Positions 46,201 through 54,124 of a stretch of DNA of 64,000 nt are shown here, piece by piece. The DNA comes from Clostridiales bacterium UBA6981 (GTDB lineage: Bacteria > Bacillota > Clostridia > Oscillospirales > Oscillospiraceae). The translations under genes were made by a program, and so were the position numbers. The stretch is from contig DJYJ01000015.1 of the NCBI GenBank assembly GCA_002450075.1, positions 2,377 through 66,376 on the forward strand, read 5' to 3'. How positions within the stretch are numbered: the stretch's first letter is position 1; each line of letters starts with the position of its first letter. The notes under the pieces were generated by a model. The model saw only the letters and a list, made by a program, of their open reading frames with translations, was not told where the DNA came from and searched no databases.

Positions 46201-46291
46201 CCTGGAAAGAGTCGAAATCAACGGGGACATGCGGGAGGCCATCGCCAGCCTCGACGGGCAGAGCTGTGACTGGCTGGAGATCCAAAACTGA
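43202..46291 (+). CDS. degenerate TIR-like domain - TM - very large (about 850 aa) LRR ectodomain protein
   Basis: GAAGGAGG RBS. The N-terminus VIHLLCSDGD...LQAKGLRV...LVLAVLSEAFYADNDKTD...VLPLQLDG keeps the beta-alpha periodicity of the TIR/flavodoxin-like fold. TM LPLILGAAGLVLLAAVGLLIW. Dozens of 22-25-aa L..L..L.L....I.D.S.L repeats follow. Confidence 0.65.
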   Translation: MSKKVIHLLCSDGDRAALQPVLDALQAKGLRVSGEVPEKNDLVLAVLSEAFYADNDKTDALLDLLAAGAENVLPLQLDGVPIPDAIKNALYARNIIPAAGRDAAHTAERIADALPKRKSKLPLILGAAGLVLLAAVGLLIWRGAQKGEAVPVMAETANEIYIPMGLTEEDLAAIEDVVIVGDYFGYYTDADFREAGEHWLNVYDDVAYRTFDDDVPRWISKEDGHAYTMTRYDDLRFLELMPKLRFLELVNVEAGADSLPDLSEAAILEGVSLSDCEIDSLDWLAGAHMHDFDMHSTQVTDFAPLSSCERLRTVFLDFYQIEEADLSTFAPPALEHLEICNGQDLRGGLDLSALSACTKLRECRLDADLPLADLSFLADASKLEALYIYNLHELRDISALNGMKNLKNLDIQYCERVTDYTPIAGCSSLEQIHLQCDYNPDALRDASFLADLPRLWDIGLYGCNLNDLNFLEGKPDNGSLCLGFAGDIRDYSGLATVKHYDWLHLNPRRVDGSRFGDLSAVLPYLEGAEVKNLHLHDCGGIDLGLLPKVTESLEIWYGDLTDLSTLPDWGIKKLMLYDCQYLTSLDGIQSLPAYTQPGSLTLAVAGCPRLRDWSAIENASLSGLELQGVYSLPVFDGIGFGSLRLESIEDLSDLSILSALSDGHSYNSIALVGLDAISDLTPLRRLQIKHLQIPPQVADQAEELVEAGIVGDYEVAYPDGDWQPFDGRVELLSLDELDTLPSSLLQRVECLCIAGDTLFDFDRYDIWEDWEHRDRNGNPALQLHDRETDAVTPLSPGVITDLSSLSALTGLRELYLVGQPIQSLDGIQVFSFLEEFSAKGCAELTDASALFALPELRWVELKCTPVDSIQGVQNLPELRYLNVSNTKVEDLTPLAECDFSAAEEDIGFDLDCNELKLGEEDFAAIAHIRRFGGLAFTDADPAVWIDALSDSEIHYFGAAGDLQSNEDLAAFVSDHPELRQLFLGWAEDITDLTPLLALENLERVEINGDMREAIASLDGQSCDWLEIQN

Positions 46292-47892
46292 TGAACACAG
46301 AGAAGACGATCCCGATCATCATCGGGGTCACCGGACACCGGGCGATCCGGGAGAAAGACCGTCCGGCGCTTACGGCGGCGGTAAAGGCGGAGCTGGAAAA
46401 GCTTCGCGGGCTTTGTTCTCACTCGCCGCTCGTGATGCTGAGCTCTCTCGCGGAGGGCGCCGATCTCCTGTGCGCCGACGCGGCGGAGGAGTTGGGTATT
46501 CCCCTGATCGCGGTACTTCCCCGGGAGCGGACGGATTACGAGCAGGATTTCAGCCCGGAGGCGCTCGAGCGCTTTGCCCACCACTGTGAGCGCGCCGGGC
46601 AGGTGTTCGTCTCGCCGAGCACAGAACCCCTTCCCCCAGATGGCGTCAGCCGGGCGTATGCGTTTCGGCAGGCCGGGATCTATGTGGCGTCCCACTGCCA
46701 TGTGCTGCTGGCCCTCTGGGACGGAGAGCCGGGGAAGCACGGCTGCGGCACGGCGGAGACGGTGGACTTTGCCCTGAACGGTAGTTATGATCCCGCGTCC
46801 GGCCTGTCCCCGCGCTTGGGCAGCAACGAGGCCGTGATCCACCTTTACACGCCGCGGGTGGAAAGCACGGAAAAGACGGCCGGTGCAGTGGCCGTTCTGG
46901 GAAATCAGGATGCCGTTTGGGACATACTCCGCAAAACGGACGACTTCAATCAAAACGCCTCGAAGGTTTCATCAACGGGGAACTCCCGGCTCCCTGCCGG
47001 GCATGACGGCGACCCCGCCCTGAAGAAGATGGAGACGATCAGTCGCATCGCGGGAAAACTCAGCCGACAATATGCCGGGCGTTATCGGCGCGTGCTTGCC
47101 TTGCTCGCTGTGGCCAGCGCCCTGGTTACCTTTGCGTTTTTACTGTACGACGAGGCGCAGGCGATTTGGATGATTCTTGTCTGCGGAGCGATGCTGCTTG
47201 CCGCCTGGGGCTGTCAGCGCTATGCCGTTCGTTCGGACTGTCACCGCCGCTATATCGAATACCGCGCGCTGGCCGAAGGCTTACGGGTGCAGACCTATCT
47301 GGGCTATGCGGGCAGCGGCATCCAGGCCTCCGGGCTGCTGTCCTGGACGCAGCAGGAGGAGACTGCGTGGATCCTGGACGCTCTCTGTGCGCTGACGATC
47401 GGAAACACACCGAGAGAGGCGCACGATATTCGTTCCTGCTGGGTGGATGCCCAGCGGGAGTACCACCAAAAAGCGGCAAAGAGCGCGGAAGAAAAGCTCT
47501 CTGCCAGTGACCGCACCGTGCGTTTTGCGTTGCTTCTGAGCGTTGGGTTATATCTGCTGGGCGTGGGCTATGAGCTCCTTTGCGGCGGACTGGTGTTCCG
47601 GCCCACTGTCGCGGTAGGGGATGTGGAGCTTTGGCGCACGGTCTTGAAGATCCTGGTGGGGACGATCTCCGCCGTGACGCTCTTTGTGGCCAATTTCTAC
47701 GGACGCCTGTCCCTGCCGCGCACGCTTTCCGACCACCGGAAGATGGAGCGCTTTTACGAAAAAATGTCCTCGGAGATCGAAAAGTGCGGACAGACGGATA
47801 CCGTTCTGACCGTGCTGGCCCGGGAGGAGCTGACCGAAAACGGCAACTGGTGCTCCTATCAGCGGGACAACAAGCCGGATCTTTCACTTTGA
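46291..47892 (+). CDS. SLOG-like Rossmannoid domain fused to two transmembrane hairpins (SLATT-like), candidate membrane effector
   Basis: The start overlaps the upstream stop (TGATG). N-terminal IIIGVTGHR...LVMLSSLAEGADLLCADAAEELGIPLIAVLP...HVLLALWDGEPGKHGCGTAETV matches the strand-helix pattern of LOG/DprA/YpsA-type SLOG domains. There are four hydrophobic helices in two pairs (VLALLAVASALVTFAFLLY / IWMILVCGAMLLAAWG and FALLLSVGLYLLGVGYELLCGG / ILVGTISAVTLFVANFYG). Confidence 0.6.
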   Translation: MNTEKTIPIIIGVTGHRAIREKDRPALTAAVKAELEKLRGLCSHSPLVMLSSLAEGADLLCADAAEELGIPLIAVLPRERTDYEQDFSPEALERFAHHCERAGQVFVSPSTEPLPPDGVSRAYAFRQAGIYVASHCHVLLALWDGEPGKHGCGTAETVDFALNGSYDPASGLSPRLGSNEAVIHLYTPRVESTEKTAGAVAVLGNQDAVWDILRKTDDFNQNASKVSSTGNSRLPAGHDGDPALKKMETISRIAGKLSRQYAGRYRRVLALLAVASALVTFAFLLYDEAQAIWMILVCGAMLLAAWGCQRYAVRSDCHRRYIEYRALAEGLRVQTYLGYAGSGIQASGLLSWTQQEETAWILDALCALTIGNTPREAHDIRSCWVDAQREYHQKAAKSAEEKLSASDRTVRFALLLSVGLYLLGVGYELLCGGLVFRPTVAVGDVELWRTVLKILVGTISAVTLFVANFYGRLSLPRTLSDHRKMERFYEKMSSEIEKCGQTDTVLTVLAREELTENGNWCSYQRDNKPDLSL

Positions 47893-48142
47893 AGAGAGCA
47901 GACCGAACCGCGCAGGTATTTGTCATTCGCAACATTTGGGATCACGATCTCATCATCGTCGCAAAGACTATACGACAGCGAGTTTCTCTTTCCTGAAATA
48001 TCTCTCGGAAAGAGAGTACGACCATGCTTCGGCAGGATATTTGGAAGATAATCATCACGACGATTTTTCGCTTCCAAGAGGTCACCGGTGAACTCAGCCC
48101 GCGGGACAATATCATAATATTTCTTGTATTTACAAAATGTAT

Positions 48143-48170
48143 GAGGGCAGGAGCCGCAACTCCTGCCCTC
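48143..48170 (-). terminator. hairpin terminator downstream of guaA
   Basis: GAGGGCAGGAG / CTCCTGCCCTC 11-bp stem with a 6-nt loop. On the minus strand it is followed by ATACATTTTGTAAAT. Confidence 0.6.
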
Positions 48171-48198
48171 ACTGTTTCCTTCATCATCATGTGTCTGG

Positions 48199-49734
48199 TC
48201 ATTCGTATTCCACCGTGGCCGGCGGCTTCGAGGTGATGTCATAGAGCACACGGTTGACGCCCTTTACCTCGTTGACGATCCGCACGGACACTCGGTCGAG
48301 CAGTTCCCAGGGCAGGCGCGTAAAGTCGGCGGTCATAAAATCCGAGGTCTGCACGCTGCGCAATGCCACGGCATGATCGTAACTGCGCCCGTCGCCCATA
48401 ACGCCGACGGAACGCAGATTCGTCAGTACCGCGAAATACTGGTCGGCTGTCTGATCCAGTCCGGCCTTTGCCATCTCCTCCCGGAAGATAGCGTCGGCCT
48501 CGCGCAGCAGAGCGAGCTTTTCCGCCGTCACCTCACCGATCACGCGGATGGCAAGGCCTGGCCCGGGGAAGGGCTGGCGCGAGACCAGGCTCTCCGGGAG
48601 CCCCAGCTCCCGCCCCAGCTGGCGCACCTCGTCCTTGAAGAGCAGACGCAGCGGCTCGAGGATCTCCTTGAAATCCACATAGTCCGGAAGCCCGCCCACA
48701 TTGTGGTGGCTCTTGATGACGGCGGATTCGCCGAGGCCGGATTCGATCACGTCGGGGTAGATCGTCCCCTGGGCCAGATAGTCCACCGCGCCGATCGATT
48801 TTGCTTCCGCCTCGAAGACGCGGATGAATTCCTCCCCGATGATGTGGCGCTTTTCTTCCGGCTCCCGCACGCCGCGCAGGCGCGCCAGAAAGCGATCGGA
48901 AGCATCGACGCGGCGGAAGTTCAAAGCGTGCGGGGCAAAAACGGTCTCCACCTCGTCGCCTTCGTTTTTGCGGAGCAGGCCGTGGTCGACAAAGACGCAG
49001 GTAAGCTGGCTGCCGATGGCCTCACTCAGAAGCGCGGCCAGCACCGAGGAATCCACGCCGCCGGAGAGCGCCAGCAGCACGCGGCCCTTGCCGACGCGTC
49101 TGCGAAGCTCGTCTACGCTGCGGCGCTTGAAATCCGCCATGGTCCAGTCGCCGTGCGTCCCGCAGACGCGGTACAGGAAATTGCGCAGCATCTCCCGCCC
49201 GAAGGCCGTGTGATCGACCTCCGGATGAAACTGCACGCCATAGAAACCCCGCTCCTCATCACAGATCGCGGCGGTGGGACAGGCCGCGGAATGTGCGGCA
49301 AGACGGAAGCCCTCCGGTACCCTGGTCATGTAGTCCCCGTGGCTCATCCAGGTAACGCTCTGCTCGGGCAGATCCCGGAACAGCGCGCAGGTCGGATCGA
49401 AAAATGTTTCGGTCTTGCCGTACTCACGGGCGGAAGCATCCTCCGCTGCGGTGACCAGCCCGCCGAGAGACTGCGCCAGCAGCTGGCAGCCGTAGCAGAT
49501 GCCGAGGATCGGCACGCCAAGTTCAAAAACGCCGGGGTCTGGCCTGGGCGAATCGGCGAGATACACGCTGTGCGGCCCGCCGGTGAAGATGATACCGACG
49601 GGAGAAAAGCGGCGGATCTCGTCCAGGGACATGTTGTGCGGGTGCAGCTCGCAGTACACATGCTGCTCGCGCACGCGCCGGGCGATCAGCTGGTTATACT
49701 GGCCGCCGAAATCAAGGATCAGGATTTTCTCCAT
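48199..49734 (-). CDS. guaA: GMP synthase (glutamine-hydrolysing)
   Basis: [29 protein letters not shown] (GATase Cys), [11 protein letters not shown] (PP-loop SGGxDS), C-terminal KPPATVEYE. Confidence 0.95.
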   Translation of the reverse strand: MEKILILDFGGQYNQLIARRVREQHVYCELHPHNMSLDEIRRFSPVGIIFTGGPHSVYLADSPRPDPGVFELGVPILGICYGCQLLAQSLGGLVTAAEDASAREYGKTETFFDPTCALFRDLPEQSVTWMSHGDYMTRVPEGFRLAAHSAACPTAAICDEERGFYGVQFHPEVDHTAFGREMLRNFLYRVCGTHGDWTMADFKRRSVDELRRRVGKGRVLLALSGGVDSSVLAALLSEAIGSQLTCVFVDHGLLRKNEGDEVETVFAPHALNFRRVDASDRFLARLRGVREPEEKRHIIGEEFIRVFEAEAKSIGAVDYLAQGTIYPDVIESGLGESAVIKSHHNVGGLPDYVDFKEILEPLRLLFKDEVRQLGRELGLPESLVSRQPFPGPGLAIRVIGEVTAEKLALLREADAIFREEMAKAGLDQTADQYFAVLTNLRSVGVMGDGRSYDHAVALRSVQTSDFMTADFTRLPWELLDRVSVRIVNEVKGVNRVLYDITSKPPATVEYE

Positions 49735-49737
49735 GCA

Positions 49738-51333
49738 TTACTCCTCCAGAGAAGCGGAAATCAGCCCCACAAACAGGGGGTGCGGGTGATTGGGCCGGCT
49801 CTTGAATTCCGGGTGGAACTGCACGCCGACAAAAAAGCGCTTCTCACTCAGCTCCACCGCTTCCACGATATACCCGTCCGGCGACTGGCCGCAGAGACAA
49901 AGCCCCTTGTCCTGCAAAAGCTCGCGATAGTCGTTGTTGAACTCATAGCGGTGGCGGTGACGTTCGCGGATCTCCTCCGAGCCGTAGCAGCGGCGCATGA
50001 CAGAGCCCGCCGCGATACGGCAGGGATAAGCGCCGAGCCGCAGTGTGCCGCCCTTGCTGACAGTTTCATCCTGATCGGGCAAAAAGTCAATGACTTTGTG
50101 CGGCGAGGAGGGGTCAAATTCTCCCGAAGTCGCGTCTGTGAGGCCGCAGACATGCCGCGCAAACTCGATCACAGCCACCTGCATGCCGAGACAGATGCCG
50201 AGATACGGGATGTCGTGTTCCCGGGCGTAGCGCGCCGTCACGACCATGCCCTCCACGCCCCGGTCTCCGAAGCCGCCGGGGACGATGATGCCATCGCAGC
50301 CGGCAAGCGTTTCGGCCACAGTTCCTTCCGTAACGGTCTCACTGTCGATCCAGCGGATCTCCACCCGGGCATTGCAGGCATACCCGGCGTGCCGCAGCGC
50401 CTCGGCCACGGAGAGATAGGCGTCGTGCAGCTGCACATATTTCCCCACAAGCCCGATCGTTACCCGGTACTGAAGCGATTTGATCCGCGCGACCATCTCC
50501 CGCCATTCATCCAGCTGCGGCGGGCGCGTCCAGAGGCCCAGCTCACGGCAGACGATCAGCGAAAAGTCCTCGTCCTCCAGCATCAGCGGCGCCTCATAGA
50601 GCGTCGGCAGCGTGCGGTTTTCGATGACACAGTCGGGCTTTACGTTGCAGAACATGGCGATCTTGCGGAAGATCTCTTCCTCCAGCGGCTCGTCGCAGCG
50701 CAGCACGATGATATCCGGCGAGATGCCCATGCCCTGCAGTTCCTTGACGGAGTGCTGCGTGGGCTTGGTCTTGTGCTCGTCGCTTCCGCGCAGAAAAGGG
50801 ACAAGCGTCACATGGATAAAGAGCGTGTTCTCCTTTCCCTGCTCGAGACTGACCTGCCGGGCCGCCTCCAGGAAAGGCTGACTTTCAATGTCGCCGGTGG
50901 TGCCGCCGATCTCGGTGATGACCACGTCGGCGTTTGTCTCCGCTCCCACATGGTAGATAAAGTCCTTGATCTCCTGTGTGATGTGAGGGATGATCTGCAC
51001 GGTCTGTCCGAGGTACTCGCCGCGCCGCTCCTTGTTCAACACGTTCCAGTAGACCTTGCCGGTGGTAAGGTTGGAATAGCGGTTTAAGTCCTCATTGATA
51101 AAGCGCTCGTAATGCCCCAGATCCAGATCCGTCTCGCTGCCGTCCTCGGTCACATAGACCTCGCCGTGCTGATAGGGGCTCATGGTGCCGGGGTCAACGT
51201 TGATATAAGGGTCGAGCTTCTGCGCCGCCACCTTTAAGCCGCGCGCCTTCAAAAGCCTTCCGAGGGAGGCCGCCGTGATCCCTTTGCCCAGCCCGGATAC
51301 AACGCCGCCGGTCACAAACACATATTTTGTCAT
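49738..51333 (-). CDS. pyrG: CTP synthase
   Basis: [26 protein letters not shown] GATase Cys block, [19 protein letters not shown] before ATG 51333. The stop is 3 nt before the guaA start. Confidence 0.95.
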   Translation of the reverse strand: MTKYVFVTGGVVSGLGKGITAASLGRLLKARGLKVAAQKLDPYINVDPGTMSPYQHGEVYVTEDGSETDLDLGHYERFINEDLNRYSNLTTGKVYWNVLNKERRGEYLGQTVQIIPHITQEIKDFIYHVGAETNADVVITEIGGTTGDIESQPFLEAARQVSLEQGKENTLFIHVTLVPFLRGSDEHKTKPTQHSVKELQGMGISPDIIVLRCDEPLEEEIFRKIAMFCNVKPDCVIENRTLPTLYEAPLMLEDEDFSLIVCRELGLWTRPPQLDEWREMVARIKSLQYRVTIGLVGKYVQLHDAYLSVAEALRHAGYACNARVEIRWIDSETVTEGTVAETLAGCDGIIVPGGFGDRGVEGMVVTARYAREHDIPYLGICLGMQVAVIEFARHVCGLTDATSGEFDPSSPHKVIDFLPDQDETVSKGGTLRLGAYPCRIAAGSVMRRCYGSEEIRERHRHRYEFNNDYRELLQDKGLCLCGQSPDGYIVEAVELSEKRFFVGVQFHPEFKSRPNHPHPLFVGLISASLEE

Positions 51334-51347
51334 GGCTAACACCTCAC

Positions 51348-51405
51348 AAAAAAATTCTTCGATGCCTTAAAGGGGCACTTGCCCCCTGACATCGAAGAAT
51401 TTTTT
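51348..51405 (-). promoter_or_regulatory. terminator hairpin inside the pyrG leader (candidate attenuator)
   Basis: On the minus strand: AAAAAATTCTTCGATG - loop containing GGGGGCAAGTGCCCC - CATCGAAGAATTTTTTT, ending 8 nt before the pyrG RBS. Confidence 0.6.
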
Positions 51406-51426
51406 GTTGTTATTCAAGACACATAC

Positions 51427-51455
51427 AGGATAGCAGAACACAAAATGCCTGTCAA
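51427..51455 (-). promoter_or_regulatory. candidate sigma-A promoter of pyrG-guaA
   Basis: On the minus strand: TTGACA, 17 nt, TATCCT, upstream of the leader hairpin. Confidence 0.45.
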
Positions 51456-51521
51456 GAAAGCAGTTTTTCAGCAATAGGGATCCCGTATGAAACAGCATAC
51501 GAAGCGCGTATGAAAAGCCCC

Positions 51522-52472
51522 TTACAGATACTTGGTATCCTCCGGCGGGAAGTATTCCCGCTCCGGCATGATATAGGGCTGGGTGCCGCGGCGCTCCTCC
51601 TCCATGCAGTCCTGTACAAAGTTTATGAATTCCTGCTGGAGCTCGCTCTGCCGGTCGTTGCGCTTCCAGACCAGAGCGTATTCCACCTGGCGGGCGCTTT
51701 CCGTGATGATCTTCGTTACGATCAGATCGCTGACGTTATAGGTGGTCATCGGGTAAATGCAGATCCCGGCGTTCTGCTCGGCGAGTGCGACAGCGTCGAT
51801 ATAGTGGGAGAGGTCGCCTGCGATGGTCGGCTCTTCGCCCAATTCCTCAAACCAGGCGCGGATGGAGTCGAGACGGGAGCGGCGGCTGGGGATATACAGC
51901 GGCTGACCGACCAGCTTGCGCAGCGGCAGGAACTGCCCCTCTTCCGCTGCGAGGGGATGATCCTTGGACATCATGGCGACCCACGGCTCGCGCCCGACGG
52001 AGAAGCCGTCGAGCTGTTCGGCATTATAGGGAGTGGCCACCAACGCAAGATCCGCCAAGCCCCGCTGCACCCGCTCCATGACCTCGTCACCGCTGCCGTT
52101 CCAGAGGTGGATCGCCACGCGCGGGAACTCGGAGCGGAAGCCCGCGATCCAGCGGGAGAGCAGAAACGGAGCGCGGCCTTCCACCAGGCTGATGTTCAGA
52201 TCGCCGGAGAGCCCCTCCATGGACATGAGCTCCTGCTGGGTCTGATCCGAGAGCTCCAGGATCTGACGCGCGCGGCGGTACAGATACGTGCCCGCGTCCG
52301 TGATCGTCAGATGTCGCTTGCCCCGGATGAAAAGCTGCACGCCCAGCTCCTCCTCCAGGCCCTTGATCTGCGCGGAGAGCGGTGGCTGGCTCATGTTCAG
52401 CCGCTCGGCCGCCCGGGTGATGTTCAGTTCCTCCGCCACAATGACGAAATAGTGCAGCGCGCGCAGATCCAT
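51522..52472 (-). CDS. LysR-family transcriptional regulator
   Basis: MDLRALHYFVIVAEELNITRAAERLNMSQPPLSAQIKGLEEELGVQLFIRGKR is the canonical LysR N-terminal wHTH. 316 aa. Confidence 0.9.
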   Translation of the reverse strand: MDLRALHYFVIVAEELNITRAAERLNMSQPPLSAQIKGLEEELGVQLFIRGKRHLTITDAGTYLYRRARQILELSDQTQQELMSMEGLSGDLNISLVEGRAPFLLSRWIAGFRSEFPRVAIHLWNGSGDEVMERVQRGLADLALVATPYNAEQLDGFSVGREPWVAMMSKDHPLAAEEGQFLPLRKLVGQPLYIPSRRSRLDSIRAWFEELGEEPTIAGDLSHYIDAVALAEQNAGICIYPMTTYNVSDLIVTKIITESARQVEYALVWKRNDRQSELQQEFINFVQDCMEEERRGTQPYIMPEREYFPPEDTKYL

Positions 52473-52536
52473 TTCATCCGCCTCTTTCTTTTTTGAATGA
52501 TGAAAGTATACACAAAACAGCCTTTTCCTTCAAGGG

Positions 52537-54120
52537 TTAATCGCCGCTTTTCCCATAGTTGGAGAGCACTCTGGCGGAGGGATCGTCCACCTTACAGCCT
52601 TCCCATTCCGGGTTTGGCATCCAAAAGCCGGCGATCATTTCAGATTGCCCGGGATAATATTTCTCGAAAAGTTCCCGATACAGCAGACTCTCCTTGGTAA
52701 AGGGAGGACAATATGCGTACTGACGGCAGCCGGCCCGGAACGCTTCGTCGGTATAGACGGTCTCGGCATAGGCTTTCAGCTCGTCCACCATGGAATGACC
52801 GACTGCGTCGGAAAAAGCCGCCTTTTGCCGCCAGAGGATCTCGTCGGGGAGAATATGGTCGTTTTCAAAGGCGTGGCGCAGCAGATACTTTCCCATGCCG
52901 TAGCGGTTGAGCTTCAGCTCCGGATCGATCCGCATCACATAGCGCACAAAGTCCAGATCCCCAAAGGGGACGCGCGCCTCCAGAGAGTTCACGGAAATGC
53001 AGCGGTCCGCCCGCAGCACGTCGTACATATGCAGCTCATCGATCCGCTTTTTGCTCTCCCGCTGAAAGGCCTCGGCGGAGGGGGCAAAGTCCGTATACTT
53101 ATAGCCGAACAGCTCGTCGGAGATCTCCCCGGTCATCAGCACACGTACATCCGTGGTCTCATGAATGGCCTTGCAGCAGAGATACATGCCGAGGCTTGCG
53201 CGGATCGTCGTGATGTCCCAGGTGCCGAGCAACAGGATCACTTCCTCCAGTGCGGAGAGCACATCCTCTTTTGTCATATGAAAAGCCGTGTGCTCCGCGC
53301 CGATATAATCCGCCGCGATCCGGGCGTACTTCAGATCGATGGGGTCGAGGTCCATGCCGATGGCAAAGGTCCTGATCTTCCGCCCCAAAAGCTTTGACGA
53401 GATCGCACACACCAGGCTGGAGTCCAGCCCGCCGGAGAGCAGGAAGCCCAGCGGTGCGTCCGCGTCCAGACGCTTTTCCACCCCGGCGATCAGCTTTTCC
53501 CGGATGTTTTTGCAGACGGTCTCCAGATCGTCGGAGGAACAGCGGGAAACCGTCGTCAGATCGGCATAGCGGATGAAACGCTCGCCGTCGTAATAGTGTC
53601 CCGGCGGGAAAGGGAGGATACGCGTGCAAAGTCCCTCCAGGTTTTGCGCCTCACTGGCAAAGGCGATGCTCCCGTCGGAGAAATAGCCGTAATAAAGCGG
53701 CCGGATCCCGATGGGATCCCGTGCGGCGATCAGCCGTCCGCTCTCCCCGTCGTACAGGATCAGGGCAAATTCCGCGTCCAGCTTATTAAACATGCCAAGC
53801 CCGTATTCCTCATACAGTGGCAGCAGCAGCTCACAGTCGGAATTGCCGGCAAAGGAATAGCCCTTCGCCTCGAGCTCGCGCCTTTTGGCCCGCCATCCGT
53901 AAAGCTCGCCGTTGCACACCAGCTTGTTTTTCCCGCGGGAGAAGGGCTGCATGCCCCGCTCGTCGAGCCCCATGATGGAGAGACGGTGAAAGCAGAGCAG
54001 TCCCGTCCCGACCGGCTCGAGCCTGGTATCGTCCGGCCCGCGTGATTTCGTACGGTCAAAGTAAGGGCGGATCGCCTCCGCGGAGTAAAGACCCGACAAA
54101 AAACCCATAATACAACACAT
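52537..54120 (-). CDS. asnB: asparagine synthase (glutamine-hydrolysing)
   Basis: N-terminal Met-Cys (Ntn nucleophile), LLSGGLDSSLV PP-loop, 527 aa. GGAGGTG RBS. Confidence 0.85.
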   Translation of the reverse strand: MCCIMGFLSGLYSAEAIRPYFDRTKSRGPDDTRLEPVGTGLLCFHRLSIMGLDERGMQPFSRGKNKLVCNGELYGWRAKRRELEAKGYSFAGNSDCELLLPLYEEYGLGMFNKLDAEFALILYDGESGRLIAARDPIGIRPLYYGYFSDGSIAFASEAQNLEGLCTRILPFPPGHYYDGERFIRYADLTTVSRCSSDDLETVCKNIREKLIAGVEKRLDADAPLGFLLSGGLDSSLVCAISSKLLGRKIRTFAIGMDLDPIDLKYARIAADYIGAEHTAFHMTKEDVLSALEEVILLLGTWDITTIRASLGMYLCCKAIHETTDVRVLMTGEISDELFGYKYTDFAPSAEAFQRESKKRIDELHMYDVLRADRCISVNSLEARVPFGDLDFVRYVMRIDPELKLNRYGMGKYLLRHAFENDHILPDEILWRQKAAFSDAVGHSMVDELKAYAETVYTDEAFRAGCRQYAYCPPFTKESLLYRELFEKYYPGQSEMIAGFWMPNPEWEGCKVDDPSARVLSNYGKSGD

Positions 54121-54124
54121 GAAA

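Noticed and set aside
42323-46285. 628-aa and 600-aa minus-strand ORFs across the TIR-LRR genes
   Set aside because: They are antisense shadows. The plus strand gives coherent TIR, TM and LRR periodicity with RBSs and coupled stops and starts.
47859-48251. 130-aa minus-strand ORF in the low-GC spacer between the SLOG gene and guaA; its tail (GKRNSLSYSLCDDDEIVIPNVANDKY) faintly resembles the C-terminus of YoeB/RelE-type toxins
   Set aside because: Its only listed start lies inside guaA, and it reads through the guaA terminator hairpin. No internal ATG with an RBS exists, and the similarity is too weak to call. At most it is a decayed toxin remnant.
48373-51087. 904-aa + strand ORF across guaA and pyrG
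   Set aside because: It lies opposite two universally conserved enzymes whose motifs are all present on the minus strand.
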